A stretch of DNA of 64,000 nucleotides, taken from contig CACPKA010000007.1 in assembly GCA_902634485.1 (NCBI GenBank), positions 13-64,012 on the forward strand, written 5' to 3'. Below the pieces are notes generated by a model. That model made no database searches, had not been told where the DNA came from, and saw only the letters and a list, made by a program, of their open reading frames with translations. A program made the position numbers and the translations under genes. This document shows, piece by piece, positions 21,921 through 32,970 of this stretch. Numbering within the stretch: position 1 is the first letter of the stretch; the number at the start of each line of letters is the position of its first letter. Source of the stretch: an uncultured Pelagibacteraceae bacterium (GTDB lineage: Bacteria > Pseudomonadota > Alphaproteobacteria > Pelagibacterales > Pelagibacteraceae).

Positions 21921-23377
21921 TGTCAGATATTATTAATTTTAATTTGTCTGAACTAGTTTTAAATATTAAAAATAAAAAAATTTCATCAACTGAAATCACA
22001 AAAGCTTATGTTGAAAGATCAGATAAATCTAAACATTTAAATTCTTATAATGAAGAAACTTTTGATGAAGCTTTAAAAAAAGCTAATGAATTTGATTCAA
22101 AACCAGATTTTAATAAAATGCTACCTGGCATACCAATTGCTGTTAAGGATTTATTTTGTACAAAGAATATTAAAACTACCGCAAGCAGTAAGATACTTGA
22201 TAATTTCATTCCAACTTATGAGTCTACAGTTACTCAAAATTTATGGAATCAAGGTGCAATTCTTCTTGGTAAATTAAATTGTGATGAGTTTGCCATGGGT
22301 TCGTCTAATGAAACAAGTTATTTTGGAAATGTTATAAGTCCAATTGATAAAAATTTAGTTCCAGGTGGCTCCTCAGGTGGTTCGGCATCAGCATTAGCTG
22401 CGAAATTAACACCTGCCACAATAGGAACTGACACTGGCGGATCTATTAGACAACCCGCTTCCTTTACAGGAACTGTTGGCTTGAAACCAACTTATGGAAG
22501 TTGTTCTCGATATGGAATAGTTGCATTCGCATCATCATTAGATCAAGCAGGCCCAATGACAAGAAATGTTAAAGATTCTGCTTTGATGTTAGAAATTATA
22601 AGCTCTTTTGATGATAAAGACTCAACATCTATAAATTTTAAAAGACCAAATTATACAAAAGATTTATCAATTAATATTAAAGGAAAAAAAATTGGTATAC
22701 CAAAAGAATATAGAGTTGATGGAATGTCAAAGGAAATAGAAAATTTGTGGGAAAATGGAAAAAATTACCTAAAAGATTGTGGAGCTGAAATAATAGATAT
22801 TTCACTTCCACATACTAAATTTGCATTACCAACTTACTATATCGTAGCACCAGCTGAAGCTTCATCAAATTTAGCAAGATATGATGGAGTTAAATATGGT
22901 TTTAGGAACGAAGGTGAAAATTTAATTGATATGTATGAAAAAACTAGATCAGAAGGTTTTGGTGACGAAGTTAAAAGAAGAATAATGATTGGAACGTATG
23001 TGTTATCATCAGGTTATTATGATGCATATTATTTAAAAGCACAAAAAGTGAGAAGGTTAATTAAAAATGATTTTGATAATGCATTTCAAAGTGTGGACGC
23101 AATATTAACGCCTTCAACACCAAGTTCAGCTTTTAAAATTGGAGAAAAATTAAACGATCCAGTTTCAATGTATTTAAATGATATATTTACTGTTCCAGTC
23201 AATCTAGCTGGATTGCCTGGAATTTCAATTCCAGCAGGCTTAGATAAAAAAGGTTATCCGTTAGGTTTGCAAATAATAGGTAAAGCTTTTGATGAGCAAA
23301 ATATTTTAAATATAGCTTACTCAATGGAAGATAAAATAAATTTTAAATTTGATATTAAAGATTGGTGGATTAAATGA
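21920..23377 (+). CDS. gatA: Asp/Glu-tRNA amidotransferase subunit A
   Basis: Amidase signature [29 protein letters not shown]. Confidence 0.99.
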   Translation: MSDIINFNLSELVLNIKNKKISSTEITKAYVERSDKSKHLNSYNEETFDEALKKANEFDSKPDFNKMLPGIPIAVKDLFCTKNIKTTASSKILDNFIPTYESTVTQNLWNQGAILLGKLNCDEFAMGSSNETSYFGNVISPIDKNLVPGGSSGGSASALAAKLTPATIGTDTGGSIRQPASFTGTVGLKPTYGSCSRYGIVAFASSLDQAGPMTRNVKDSALMLEIISSFDDKDSTSINFKRPNYTKDLSINIKGKKIGIPKEYRVDGMSKEIENLWENGKNYLKDCGAEIIDISLPHTKFALPTYYIVAPAEASSNLARYDGVKYGFRNEGENLIDMYEKTRSEGFGDEVKRRIMIGTYVLSSGYYDAYYLKAQKVRRLIKNDFDNAFQSVDAILTPSTPSSAFKIGEKLNDPVSMYLNDIFTVPVNLAGLPGISIPAGLDKKGYPLGLQIIGKAFDEQNILNIAYSMEDKINFKFDIKDWWIK

Positions 23378-24837
23378 GCAAAACCAAAGATTATTTAATT
23401 GAAAGAAATGGAAAAAAATATGAAGTAGTAATTGGTCTTGAAGTCCATGCACAAGTATTATCAGAATCTAAATTATTTTCTACATCACCAACCAAGTTTG
23501 GAAGCGAGCCAAATACTCAAGTAAGTTTAGTTGATGCAGCACTTCCCGGAATGCTGCCAGTAATTAATGAATTCTGCATTAAACAAGCTATTAAAACTGG
23601 AATTGGACTAAACGCTAAAATAAATAATAAATCTATTTTTGATAGAAAGAATTATTTTTATGCAGATTTGCCTCAAGGATATCAAATATCTCAATATAAA
23701 GACCCAATTGTAGGCGAGGGTTCAGTTGTTCTTGATTTATCATCAGGATCAAAAACTGTAGGAATTGAAAGATTACATTTAGAACAAGATGCTGGAAAAA
23801 GTATTCACGATATTGATCCGAAAAATACGCTGGTTGATTTAAACAGATCTGGAGTCGCTTTGATGGAAATAGTAAGTAAGCCAGATTTAAGATCACCTGA
23901 AGAGGTTAATGTATATATAAAGAAATTAAGATCAATAATGCGATATTTAGGAACTTGTGATGGAAATATGCAGGAAGGATCACTTAGAGCAGACGTCAAT
24001 GTATCTGTTAGAAAACAAGGTGATGATAAATATGGAACTAGATGTGAAATTAAAAATGTAAATTCAATTAAATTTATGCAAATGGCCATAGAACACGAAG
24101 CAAATAGACAAGTTGATATTTTGGAGGAAGGAGGAAAAATTGATCAAGAAACTAGACTTTTTGATACAAAAAAAAATGAAACAAGATCAATGAGATCTAA
24201 AGAAGATGCACATGATTATAGATATTTTCCAGATCCTGATTTACTACCATTGGAATTTACCAATGACTATGTTGAAAGTATTAAAAAAGAAATTCCAGAA
24301 CTTCCAGATCAAAAAAAAACACGTTTTATTAAAAAATTTAAACTAAGTCCTTATGAAGCAAATATTTTAGTATCAGATCTTGATACTGCAAAATATTTTG
24401 AAGTTGTAATTGAAAATTCTGATGTGAAACTTTCATCAAATTGGATAACAGGTGAATTATTTGCCTTATTAAATGAAAAAAACTTAGAAATTACAGAAAG
24501 TCCAATAAGTGCAAAAAATCTATCTAAATTAATCAATTTAATAAAAGATGGTACAATTTCAGGCAAAATTGCAAAAACAGTTTTTGAAATTATGGCAGAG
24601 GAAGATAAAAATCCAATTGATATAGTTAAAGAAAAGAGTCTTAAACAAGAAAGCGACCCCCATGAATTAGAGAAATTGATAGACAAAGTAATAAATGAAA
24701 ATCAAGATAAAGTTGAAGAGTACAAATCCGGAAAAGAAAAACTATTTGGTTTTTTTGTAGGACTAACAATGAAAGTTTCTGGAGGCAAGGCCAATCCTCA
24801 ATTAGTTAATGAAATATTAAAAAAGAAACTTAAGTAG
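23374..24837 (+). CDS. gatB: Asp/Glu-tRNA amidotransferase subunit B
   Basis: [32 protein letters not shown]. Confidence 0.99.
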   Translation: MSKTKDYLIERNGKKYEVVIGLEVHAQVLSESKLFSTSPTKFGSEPNTQVSLVDAALPGMLPVINEFCIKQAIKTGIGLNAKINNKSIFDRKNYFYADLPQGYQISQYKDPIVGEGSVVLDLSSGSKTVGIERLHLEQDAGKSIHDIDPKNTLVDLNRSGVALMEIVSKPDLRSPEEVNVYIKKLRSIMRYLGTCDGNMQEGSLRADVNVSVRKQGDDKYGTRCEIKNVNSIKFMQMAIEHEANRQVDILEEGGKIDQETRLFDTKKNETRSMRSKEDAHDYRYFPDPDLLPLEFTNDYVESIKKEIPELPDQKKTRFIKKFKLSPYEANILVSDLDTAKYFEVVIENSDVKLSSNWITGELFALLNEKNLEITESPISAKNLSKLINLIKDGTISGKIAKTVFEIMAEEDKNPIDIVKEKSLKQESDPHELEKLIDKVINENQDKVEEYKSGKEKLFGFFVGLTMKVSGGKANPQLVNEILKKKLK

Positions 24838-24838
24838 A

Positions 24839-25495
24839 ATGGGTAGCAATCTTAGTATTAATAAAGAAATTGAAGAATATATTAATAATAATTCAGTAAA
24901 ACTTCATCCCGTTCAAAAAGAAATAATCTCACATAATGAAGAACTAGGTGATATTAAAAGAATGCAAATTTCAATATCGCAATGTCATTTTTTACATTTA
25001 TTGATTAAATCTTCTAAAATTAAAAAAATTTTAGAGATTGGCACTTTTACAGGATTAAGCACATTATCTATGTCCCTAGCTTTACCAGAAGACGGATCAG
25101 TTCTAGCATTAGATAAAAATCATGAAACTAGCAAGGTCGCAGCAAATTTTTTCAATAAAGCCTCACAAGAGAATAAAATTAAATTAATTATTGCGCCTGC
25201 ATTAGAAAGTTTAAAGAATTTAAATTATAATAAACAAAAATTTGATTTAGTTTTTATTGATGCTGATAAAGAAAATTATAAAAACTATTTTAATTATTCA
25301 ATTAATTTAATTGATAAAGATGGTTTAATTGTAATAGATAATGTTTTATGGCATGGTGAGGTTGCCGATGTTAATAAACAAGACAAATTAACAGTAAGCA
25401 TAAGAGAATTTAACTCCTTTGTTTATAAAGATAAAAGAGTTGAAAATTTAATTATCCCCGTAGGTGATGGTTTAAGTGTTTGTAGAAAATTATAA
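24839..25495 (+). CDS. Cation-dependent class I SAM O-methyltransferase (CCoAOMT/TrmR-like family)
   Basis: LEIGTFTGLS, FDLVFIDADKENY, IVIDNVLWHG. Confidence 0.9.
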   Translation: MGSNLSINKEIEEYINNNSVKLHPVQKEIISHNEELGDIKRMQISISQCHFLHLLIKSSKIKKILEIGTFTGLSTLSMSLALPEDGSVLALDKNHETSKVAANFFNKASQENKIKLIIAPALESLKNLNYNKQKFDLVFIDADKENYKNYFNYSINLIDKDGLIVIDNVLWHGEVADVNKQDKLTVSIREFNSFVYKDKRVENLIIPVGDGLSVCRKL

Positions 25496-26394
25496 TGTTT
25501 TATATTTCAGGTTTTTATAAGTTTAAAAAAATATATCGTATTAAAAAAGCTAAAAAAACATTAACTGATATTTTTGATAAATATAAAATTAGAGGAACAA
25601 TAATTATTTCAGTTGAAGGAATTAATGGAACAATATCATCTAATAAAATAAATTTAGAAATAGTACTTAAAAAAATAAAAAAAATTTTTAATTTTATAAA
25701 TTTTGATAGTCAAAATTTATCTAAAAATAAATTTCAAATATTTCATAGGGGAAAAGTTAAAATTAAAAAAGAAGTAGTTCCAATGGGAATAAAAATATCA
25801 AAAAAAAAAATGAAAAATTATATTGATCCAAGTAAATGGAATAAATTTATTAGTAATAAAAAAACAATATTGATTGATGTTAGAAAGCCATTTGAGTATA
25901 AAGTTGGTACTTTTAAAGGGTCAATTAATCCCGAAATAAATAATTTTAGAGAATTTCCAAATTATCTTAAAAAATTAGATAAAAATCAAACTATAGCAAT
26001 GTTTTGTACCGGTGGGATAAGATGTGAAAAGGCAAGTGTTTATCTACAAAAAAAAGGTTTTAGTAAAGTATATCAATTAAAGGGTGGAATAGTTAATTAC
26101 CTAAAAAAAATAAAGAAAAATCAAAGTTTGTGGAAAGGTGAATGTTATGTTTTTGATAATAGAATATCTTTAAAACACGGATTGTCCGCTGGTACCTATT
26201 CTATGTGTAGCGGGTGTAGAAAGCCGATGTCGATTATAGATAAAAAATCACTTAAGTATGAGGAGGGTGTTTCATGTCCAAATTGTCACGATACTCTTAC
26301 AAACTCACAAAAAGAAAGATTTAGAATGAGGCAAAAACAAATAAATCTTGCAAAAAAGCTTGGAACAAAACATATATTTCAAAAAGAATTTTAA
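25495..26394 (+). CDS. trhO: tRNA uridine(34) hydroxylase TrhO (YceA/UPF0176, rhodanese family)
   Basis: EGINGTIS, KVKIKKEVV, MFCTGGIRCEKAS, LKGGI, GECYVFDNR, C-terminal CSGC/CPNC. Confidence 0.9.
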   Translation: MFYISGFYKFKKIYRIKKAKKTLTDIFDKYKIRGTIIISVEGINGTISSNKINLEIVLKKIKKIFNFINFDSQNLSKNKFQIFHRGKVKIKKEVVPMGIKISKKKMKNYIDPSKWNKFISNKKTILIDVRKPFEYKVGTFKGSINPEINNFREFPNYLKKLDKNQTIAMFCTGGIRCEKASVYLQKKGFSKVYQLKGGIVNYLKKIKKNQSLWKGECYVFDNRISLKHGLSAGTYSMCSGCRKPMSIIDKKSLKYEEGVSCPNCHDTLTNSQKERFRMRQKQINLAKKLGTKHIFQKEF

Positions 26395-26396
26395 AT

Positions 26397-27752
26397 ATGG
26401 ATTTGTTAAAAGATAATATTCCTAAATTGGTTAGAAAACTTGCTTTTCCTGCAATGGTTGGAACTTTGTTTCAAACTCTTTATAATGTTGTTGATACTTT
26501 TTTCGCTGGAAAAATTTCTCCAGAAGCCTTATCTGCATTAAGTAAATCTTTCCCTATATATTTTATTATTATTGCTACATCTATTGGAGTAACTGTTGCT
26601 GGAACATCTTTAATAGGAAACAGTATTGGGGAAAAAGATAATAAAAAAACATTAAATTATTTTTCTCACATCATTTATTATGGAATTTTAATTTCTATTT
26701 TTATTACTATCCTGGGTTTATATTTTTCTGAGGAAGTATTTTTTTTAATGGGTTCAACGCAAGAAGTTGCATCTTTAGGTCTTGAATATACAAATATTAT
26801 TTATTCAGGCTCTTTCTTGTTTATTTTAGTTGTTGCTTTAAACTCTTTACTTCATGCTGAAGGCGATACAAAAACATACCGAAATGTTTTAGTTTTATCA
26901 TTTTTTTTAAACGTAATATTAAATCCCATTTTAATATTTGGTTTTTTATTTATACCCGCTTATGGAGTTAAGGGTATAGGTATTGCTACAATTATTTCTC
27001 AACTAGTCTCCTTTTTGATTATTTTATATAAAGTTCTTAAAAATAAAAGAGTTAGAAGTATTACGAATGAATATTTGATTCCAAAATTTTTATTTTTTAA
27101 AAATATTTTTTTTCAATCTATGCCTATATCTGTATCAATATGCGGTTACGCATTAGCTGCAGCAATAATTTTTACTTACGTAGGTCAATCCGGTGAATAC
27201 GCTGTTGCTGGTTATGGCGTTGGTACCCGTATAGAGCAAGTAGTTCTTCTTCCCATACTTGGAATTAATACAGCTATAATATCTATAATAGCTCAAAATT
27301 ATGGAGCTAACAATCTTGTCAGAATAAAAGAAACTTATTTTACCGCTATTAAATATGCATTTATTATAATGATTACAGCTGGAACTTTAGTTTTTTTATC
27401 TGCAAGTGTAATTACAAGTTTTTTTTCAAATGACCCTGAAGTAATTGAATATGGAAAAAGATATTTAAAAATTTCAGCTTTTGTATTACCAGCTTATCCT
27501 GTTTTTTTTCTATCGAATGGTTTTTTCATGGCTTTAAAAAAGTCAGAAAATGCAATGATTTCTAACTTTTTTAGAAATGTTCTTAACCCAATTGCAGTGT
27601 TTTATATTGCAAAATATATAAATGCGAGTTTTGAAACTTTCTTCTGGTTATGGGTAGGAGTTAATTGGTTTTTCTCAATTTTTTATTTTTTTATAATAAT
27701 TTATTATTTTAAACTTAAATTAGATAAATCTAGCACTGTCGTTCATCCATGA
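26397..27752 (+). CDS. MATE-family efflux transporter
   Basis: LYNVVDTFFAG, GDTKT, NVILNPILIFG, GIGIATIISQ, AQNYGA; about 12 TM. Confidence 0.92.
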   Translation: MDLLKDNIPKLVRKLAFPAMVGTLFQTLYNVVDTFFAGKISPEALSALSKSFPIYFIIIATSIGVTVAGTSLIGNSIGEKDNKKTLNYFSHIIYYGILISIFITILGLYFSEEVFFLMGSTQEVASLGLEYTNIIYSGSFLFILVVALNSLLHAEGDTKTYRNVLVLSFFLNVILNPILIFGFLFIPAYGVKGIGIATIISQLVSFLIILYKVLKNKRVRSITNEYLIPKFLFFKNIFFQSMPISVSICGYALAAAIIFTYVGQSGEYAVAGYGVGTRIEQVVLLPILGINTAIISIIAQNYGANNLVRIKETYFTAIKYAFIIMITAGTLVFLSASVITSFFSNDPEVIEYGKRYLKISAFVLPAYPVFFLSNGFFMALKKSENAMISNFFRNVLNPIAVFYIAKYINASFETFFWLWVGVNWFFSIFYFFIIIYYFKLKLDKSSTVVHP

Positions 27753-28280
27753 CCATAAATGTGAAGAAAAAGACCTTCTAACAAATAAATTTAAATCATT
27801 AAAATTCTTATTATGAATAATTACATCAATATGATTAATTAATGTTTGTGCTACTGCTCCTTTTGAGTTTTTAAAATTATTAAAATTAAATGGACAGCCA
27901 GTTGATAATAATTCAAAAATTTTTGTACCGTTTAAATTAATCATTATCCAGTGATCAGAGACATTTGTAACAGAACCTAATTTTACTTTAGAAATTTCTC
28001 TAAAAAGCTTATCCTCTAAAGAATTAACATCTTTTATATCAATCTTATCATTTGAGTACAAAAGCCATTCATCTGGACTCAACCAAAGAAGATTTAATTT
28101 TTCGTTACTCGAAGATGTATTAGGATCTATAGGAGTAATTATAGACAATTCTTTTCCAATTTTAGTAATAAAATCTCTATTTTTGCCTCTCAAATTTATT
28201 TTAAGAATAGGCTCTATCACTGAAATTTCTATTTCAGAATACTCTTTAGTATCGATAATTGTAGTATTAAAATTAAGCAT
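27720..28280 (-). CDS. soxG: Sarcosine oxidase gamma subunit
   Basis: LWLSPDEWL, VRRSFS.HLW.W; last gene of soxBDAG. Confidence 0.9.
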   Translation of the reverse strand: MLNFNTTIIDTKEYSEIEISVIEPILKINLRGKNRDFITKIGKELSIITPIDPNTSSSNEKLNLLWLSPDEWLLYSNDKIDIKDVNSLEDKLFREISKVKLGSVTNVSDHWIMINLNGTKIFELLSTGCPFNFNNFKNSKGAVAQTLINHIDVIIHNKNFNDLNLFVRRSFSSHLWSWMNDSARFI

Positions 28281-31278
28281 TCAACCTCTTATTTTCTTTA
28301 TCTAAAAAAACTGTATCTGTTATAGTTACATTAATTGTTTTGTTTTTCATCGGAACAAATAATTTTTGACCCATCAACTTTTTGCCATTTTTTACTACAG
28401 CAAGGGCAATTGATTTGTTTAAATTTGGGCTAAAATAACTTGAGGTAACGTGACCAAGCATTTCAACTGGTTGTTTATCTGTTTCAGCAACAATTTGTGC
28501 ACCTTCTTCTAAAATTTCATTTGGATCATCAGTTAATAATCCTACTAATTGTTTTCTATCTTCTCTAATTGTATCACTTCTGTATAAAGATCTTTTACCA
28601 ATAAAATCATATTTCTTTTTACTAATTATCCAATCCATCTGTAAGTCTATAGGTGTCATTGTTCCATCTGTATCTTGACCTGCTATTATAAATCCTTTTT
28701 CTGCTCTAAGTAAGTGCATTGTCTCTGTTCCGTAAGGCGTAATATTAAATTCTTTACCAGCCTTAAAGCATTTTTCCCAAACAGATTTTGCATATGATGA
28801 TTGAATATTGATTTCATAACTATGTTCTCCAGTAAAACTAATACGCATTACTCTGCATTTTATATTATCGATTAATACACTTTTGAAAGTCATGTGTGGA
28901 AATTCTTTATCAGACAAATCTAGATCAGGAATTACTTTTGAAAGAATTTTTTTTGAATTAGGTCCGCAGATACTTACAGTACCATAGTGATCAGTAACTG
29001 AAGTTAAATACACATCTAATTCAGGCCATTCTGTTTGCAAGTAATCTTCTAATTTTGAAAGAACATTAGCAGCACCACCAGTTGTTGTAGTCATTAAATA
29101 ATGGTTTTCTGACAATCTGGTTGTAACTCCATCATCGTAAACCATTCCATCTTCATTCAGCATAAGTCCATATCTACATTTTCCTATTTCTAATTTTGAC
29201 CATGCGTTTGTGTAAACTCTATTTAAAAATTCAGATGCATCACTTCCTTGAATATCTATTTTTCCTAAAGTTGATGCATCCAATATACCAGCACTATCCC
29301 TAGCGGCTTTACTTTCTCTTTGTACGGCCTCGTGCATATTTTCATTGTCTTTTGGATAGTACCAAGCTCTTTTCCATTGACCTACATTTTCAAATTCAGC
29401 CTTATTTTCAACGTGCCAATCGTGCATTGGTGTTTTTCTAGTAATATCAAAAAATTCACCAACATTTCTTCCAACAATTGCTCCAAATGTTAAAGGAGTA
29501 TAGGGCGGTCTAAAAGTAGTTGTTCCCAATTCACCCATTTTAACACCTGCAGTTTCAGCTATAATTCCAAGAGCATGCATGTTAGATAATTTACCTTGAT
29601 CGGTAGCCATACCTGTTGTTGTGTATCTTTTTACATGCTCAATTGATTTAAAACCTTCTCTTAAAGCTAATTTTATATCATTTGCCGTAGAATCGTTTTG
29701 AAAATCTAAAAAAGGTTTAGTTTTGCCCAAAGGTTTATCAGACGGAAGTAACCAAATATTTTTTTTATCAATTTCTTTTGAAGAAATAATTTCTAAGTTT
29801 TCATAGTCATTATTATTTATTTTTAAAAATTTATTTATTAAATTAACAGTATTTTTTATTACATCATCAAGCCCAAAATCACCATTGCAGGATCCAATAC
29901 TTATTTGATCTAAATCTGATTTATCTGGAACAAAAACGTTATCTTCATCTCTAAATTTTAGTTTACCACCAGATTGAGTAAATAAATGAACTCTTGGAGT
30001 CCAGCCTCCTGAAATACCCAAGCAGTCACATTCTTCATTTATTTTTTTTTCTATAACGTTGGTTCCGTCATCTGACAATTTCATAATTTCAATAGAATTA
30101 ATTTTTTTATAACCATTTGTATTAACTACTGTAGATTTCCAATGAACTTTAATACCTAATTTTTCAGCATGTTTAACTATTAACGAATTAGTTTTATCTC
30201 TTATATCAACTACTGAATTAACACTTACGCCGCATTTATTTAAAGAGATAGCAGTTTCATAAGCCGAGTCATTATTTGTAAATAAAGATATTTTTTGTCC
30301 ACATTTTACTCCATAGAAATCTATGTATTTTTTGATAGAAGATGAAAGGATAACACCAGGCCTATCATTATTGTTGAAAATTAATGGTCTTTCCATAGCT
30401 CCTGTAGCTATAATCACTTTTTTTGCTCTGATTTTCCAGAGTCTTTGGCGAATTTTATTTTTTTTTTCATCTAAATCTAAATGATCAGTTAAATTTTCTC
30501 TCGCTAAAAGATAATTGTAACTATGATAAGCCGCTAACGATGTCCTTGTTTTTATAGTTAAATTTTTAAGTGAATTTAGACTTTCAATTTCCTTTTTTAA
30601 CCACTCATTTGAATAAGAATTATTTATTTTAAAGCATTCATTTTCTTGGAAAAGAGTAGTTCCACCTAAGATATTTTTATCGTCTATTAATACAGTATTT
30701 AAATTATTCTTAGCTGCTGTTTTTGCAGCCATTATTCCAGATATACCTCCTCCAACAATCAAAACATCACAGTGTAAATATCTATGATCGTAAATATCTT
30801 TATCAGGTTCGGTTGGCGATTTGCCTAGACCTGCAGATTTTCTTATAAAATATTCATATAGTTTCCAAAAATTAGCAGGCCACATGAAAGTTTTATAATA
30901 GAAAGCTGCCGGTATAAGAGGGGAGAAAAAATTGTTTACTGCGCCTAAATCAAAATTAACACTTGGCCAACAGTTCTGGCTTGATGCTTCTAAACCCTCA
31001 TATAATTCTATTTCTGTTGCTCTTGTATTTGGCTCTGTCATTGAAGTATCATTTCCAACTTGAACAATTGCATTAGGTTCTTCAGAGCCACATGCCATAA
31101 TACCTCTTGGACGGTGGTATTTGAAACTTCTTCCTACAAGGTGAATATTGTTTGCTAATAAAGCTGAAGCTAATGTATCACCTTTAAATCCATATAAATT
31201 TTTGCCATCAAACTTAAAAGATATTCTAGATGTTTGATCAATAAACTTGCTATTTGTTATTCTTAAATCTTTACTCAT
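28273..31278 (-). CDS. soxA: Sarcosine oxidase alpha subunit
   Basis: GDTLASALLAN, RSFKYHRPRG, KRYTTTGM, C-terminal GcvT-like folate-binding domain. Confidence 0.96.
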   Translation of the reverse strand: MSKDLRITNSKFIDQTSRISFKFDGKNLYGFKGDTLASALLANNIHLVGRSFKYHRPRGIMACGSEEPNAIVQVGNDTSMTEPNTRATEIELYEGLEASSQNCWPSVNFDLGAVNNFFSPLIPAAFYYKTFMWPANFWKLYEYFIRKSAGLGKSPTEPDKDIYDHRYLHCDVLIVGGGISGIMAAKTAAKNNLNTVLIDDKNILGGTTLFQENECFKINNSYSNEWLKKEIESLNSLKNLTIKTRTSLAAYHSYNYLLARENLTDHLDLDEKKNKIRQRLWKIRAKKVIIATGAMERPLIFNNNDRPGVILSSSIKKYIDFYGVKCGQKISLFTNNDSAYETAISLNKCGVSVNSVVDIRDKTNSLIVKHAEKLGIKVHWKSTVVNTNGYKKINSIEIMKLSDDGTNVIEKKINEECDCLGISGGWTPRVHLFTQSGGKLKFRDEDNVFVPDKSDLDQISIGSCNGDFGLDDVIKNTVNLINKFLKINNNDYENLEIISSKEIDKKNIWLLPSDKPLGKTKPFLDFQNDSTANDIKLALREGFKSIEHVKRYTTTGMATDQGKLSNMHALGIIAETAGVKMGELGTTTFRPPYTPLTFGAIVGRNVGEFFDITRKTPMHDWHVENKAEFENVGQWKRAWYYPKDNENMHEAVQRESKAARDSAGILDASTLGKIDIQGSDASEFLNRVYTNAWSKLEIGKCRYGLMLNEDGMVYDDGVTTRLSENHYLMTTTTGGAANVLSKLEDYLQTEWPELDVYLTSVTDHYGTVSICGPNSKKILSKVIPDLDLSDKEFPHMTFKSVLIDNIKCRVMRISFTGEHSYEINIQSSYAKSVWEKCFKAGKEFNITPYGTETMHLLRAEKGFIIAGQDTDGTMTPIDLQMDWIISKKKYDFIGKRSLYRSDTIREDRKQLVGLLTDDPNEILEEGAQIVAETDKQPVEMLGHVTSSYFSPNLNKSIALAVVKNGKKLMGQKLFVPMKNKTINVTITDTVFLDKENKRLNA

Positions 31279-31553
31279 TATTTTATAGGAGGTTTTTCAC
31301 CCATTTTATAAACAGCATGAATTTTATCGTTTGATGTATCTCTAACCATATTGAACCATTTTCTACAACCATGAGCATGATTCCATCTTTCAAATTGAAT
31401 TCCTTTAATATTTTTTCTCATGAATAGATACTCTGCCCATTGATCATCACTTAATTCAGTTGGTTGTTTTGGTCTAATGATATGTGCTTCACCACCTGCA
31501 GAAAATTCACTTTGGTCTCTTTCACCACAATAAGGACAATTTATTAAAAACAT
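31278..31553 (-). CDS. soxD: Sarcosine oxidase delta subunit
   Basis: CPYCGER, EF..GGEAHI, WNHAHGCRKWF. Confidence 0.96.
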   Translation of the reverse strand: MFLINCPYCGERDQSEFSAGGEAHIIRPKQPTELSDDQWAEYLFMRKNIKGIQFERWNHAHGCRKWFNMVRDTSNDKIHAVYKMGEKPPIK

Positions 31554-32806
31554 TAGTGTGCTACAGCAGCTGCTCCATGTTCATCGACTAGATCACCACT
31601 TACAAATCTATTTATATTAAAATCAGCATTTAATTTATGAGGCTCATCGTTTGCAATAGTGTGAGCAAACAAATCGCCCGAACCTGGTGTAGCTTTAAAT
31701 CCACCAGTACCCCATCCGCAATTAAAATACAATCCTTTAACATGTGTTTTGCTAATAATTGGACTAGCGTCAGGGCAAATATCAACTATACCACCCCATT
31801 GCCTTAGCATTTTCATTCTGCTAAAAATAGGGTAGAGTTCTAATATTGCTTTTAAAGTTCCTTCGACAACATCATGACTTCCTCTCTGTGTATATGAAAC
31901 ATAGGCATCAGTTCCTGCTCCTATGACTAATTCACCTTTGTCAGATTGACTTACATAAGCATGAACAGCATTAGACATAACTACTGTATCTATGATAGGT
32001 TTTACTGGTTCAGACACTAATGCTTGCAAAGGTTTACTTTCAAGAGGTAACTTTAAATCAACCATATTTGCGATAACACTAGAATGCCCTGCAGCAACAA
32101 CTCCAATTTTTTTTGTTTTAATAAATCCTTTTGTTGTTTCAATACCTTCAACACTATCGGCATTTCTTTTTATTCCTTTAACTTCACAGTTTTGAATAAT
32201 ATCTACACCCATAGCATCAGCTCCTCGAGCATAGCCCCAAGCAACAGCATCATGTCGAGCTGTACCAGCTCTTTTTTGTAAAGTTCCTCCCAAAACTGGA
32301 TATCTAATGTTAGGTGAAGTATTAATTATTGGACAGAATTTTTTTACTTCATCTGTATTTAACCAAACTGCGTCAATACCATTTAATCTATTAGCGTGAG
32401 TTCTTCTTTTTAAATCTCTTACATCTTGAAGATTATGAGCTAAGTTCATTACCCCTCTTTGACTAAACATAACATTATAATTTAATTCTTGAGATAACCC
32501 CTCCCAAATTTTTAAAGCGTGATCGTATAAACCTGCACTAGCATCCCATAAATAATTTGACCGAATAATAGTAGTGTTTCTACCTGTGTTTCCTCCTCCA
32601 ATCCAACCTTTTTCAACAACCGCAACATTTGTCATATTATGCTTTTTAGCTAAATAAAAGGCTGTAGCTAAACCATGCCCTCCACCACCAATAATAATTG
32701 CATCATATTCTTTTTTTGGTTCAGGATCTCTCCAAGCACGCTGCCAGTTTTCATGATAACTAAAAGCATTTTTTATAAGCGAAAATATAGAATATTTATT
32801 TTTCAT
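31553..32806 (-). CDS. soxB: Sarcosine oxidase beta subunit
   Basis: [45 protein letters not shown]; ATG 32806 preferred over GTG 32815. Confidence 0.96.
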   Translation of the reverse strand: MKNKYSIFSLIKNAFSYHENWQRAWRDPEPKKEYDAIIIGGGGHGLATAFYLAKKHNMTNVAVVEKGWIGGGNTGRNTTIIRSNYLWDASAGLYDHALKIWEGLSQELNYNVMFSQRGVMNLAHNLQDVRDLKRRTHANRLNGIDAVWLNTDEVKKFCPIINTSPNIRYPVLGGTLQKRAGTARHDAVAWGYARGADAMGVDIIQNCEVKGIKRNADSVEGIETTKGFIKTKKIGVVAAGHSSVIANMVDLKLPLESKPLQALVSEPVKPIIDTVVMSNAVHAYVSQSDKGELVIGAGTDAYVSYTQRGSHDVVEGTLKAILELYPIFSRMKMLRQWGGIVDICPDASPIISKTHVKGLYFNCGWGTGGFKATPGSGDLFAHTIANDEPHKLNADFNINRFVSGDLVDEHGAAAVAH

Positions 32807-32876
32807 AATTTGCACAAAATTACTTGATTAATATTGAATATTCAATGATTTCAAGTTACACACTAATAAAGAAAGT

Positions 32877-32970
32877 GGTGAGGTGGGTGAGCTGGTTTAA
32901 ACCAGGAGTTTGCTAAACTTCCGTACGTTATAATGACGTACCGAGGGTTCGAATCCCTCCCTCACCGCCA
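32877..32970 (+). tRNA. tRNA-Ser(GCU), long variable arm, encoded CCA
   Basis: Acceptor GGTGAGG/CCTCACC plus GCCA; anticodon stem GGAGT/ACTTC around TT-GCT-AA; variable arm GTACG..CGTAC; T arm GAGGG-TTCGAAT-CCCTC. Confidence 0.97.

Noticed and set aside
26397-27752. MATE gene as a horizontally acquired insert
   Set aside because: The T-rich composition is expected for a membrane protein; no flanking repeats or mobility genes; 2-nt spacing to trhO suggests an integrated operon member
32877-32970. tRNA-Ser as an occupied integration site
   Set aside because: No duplicated tRNA 3' end was noticed and there is no integrase; core genes flank both sides
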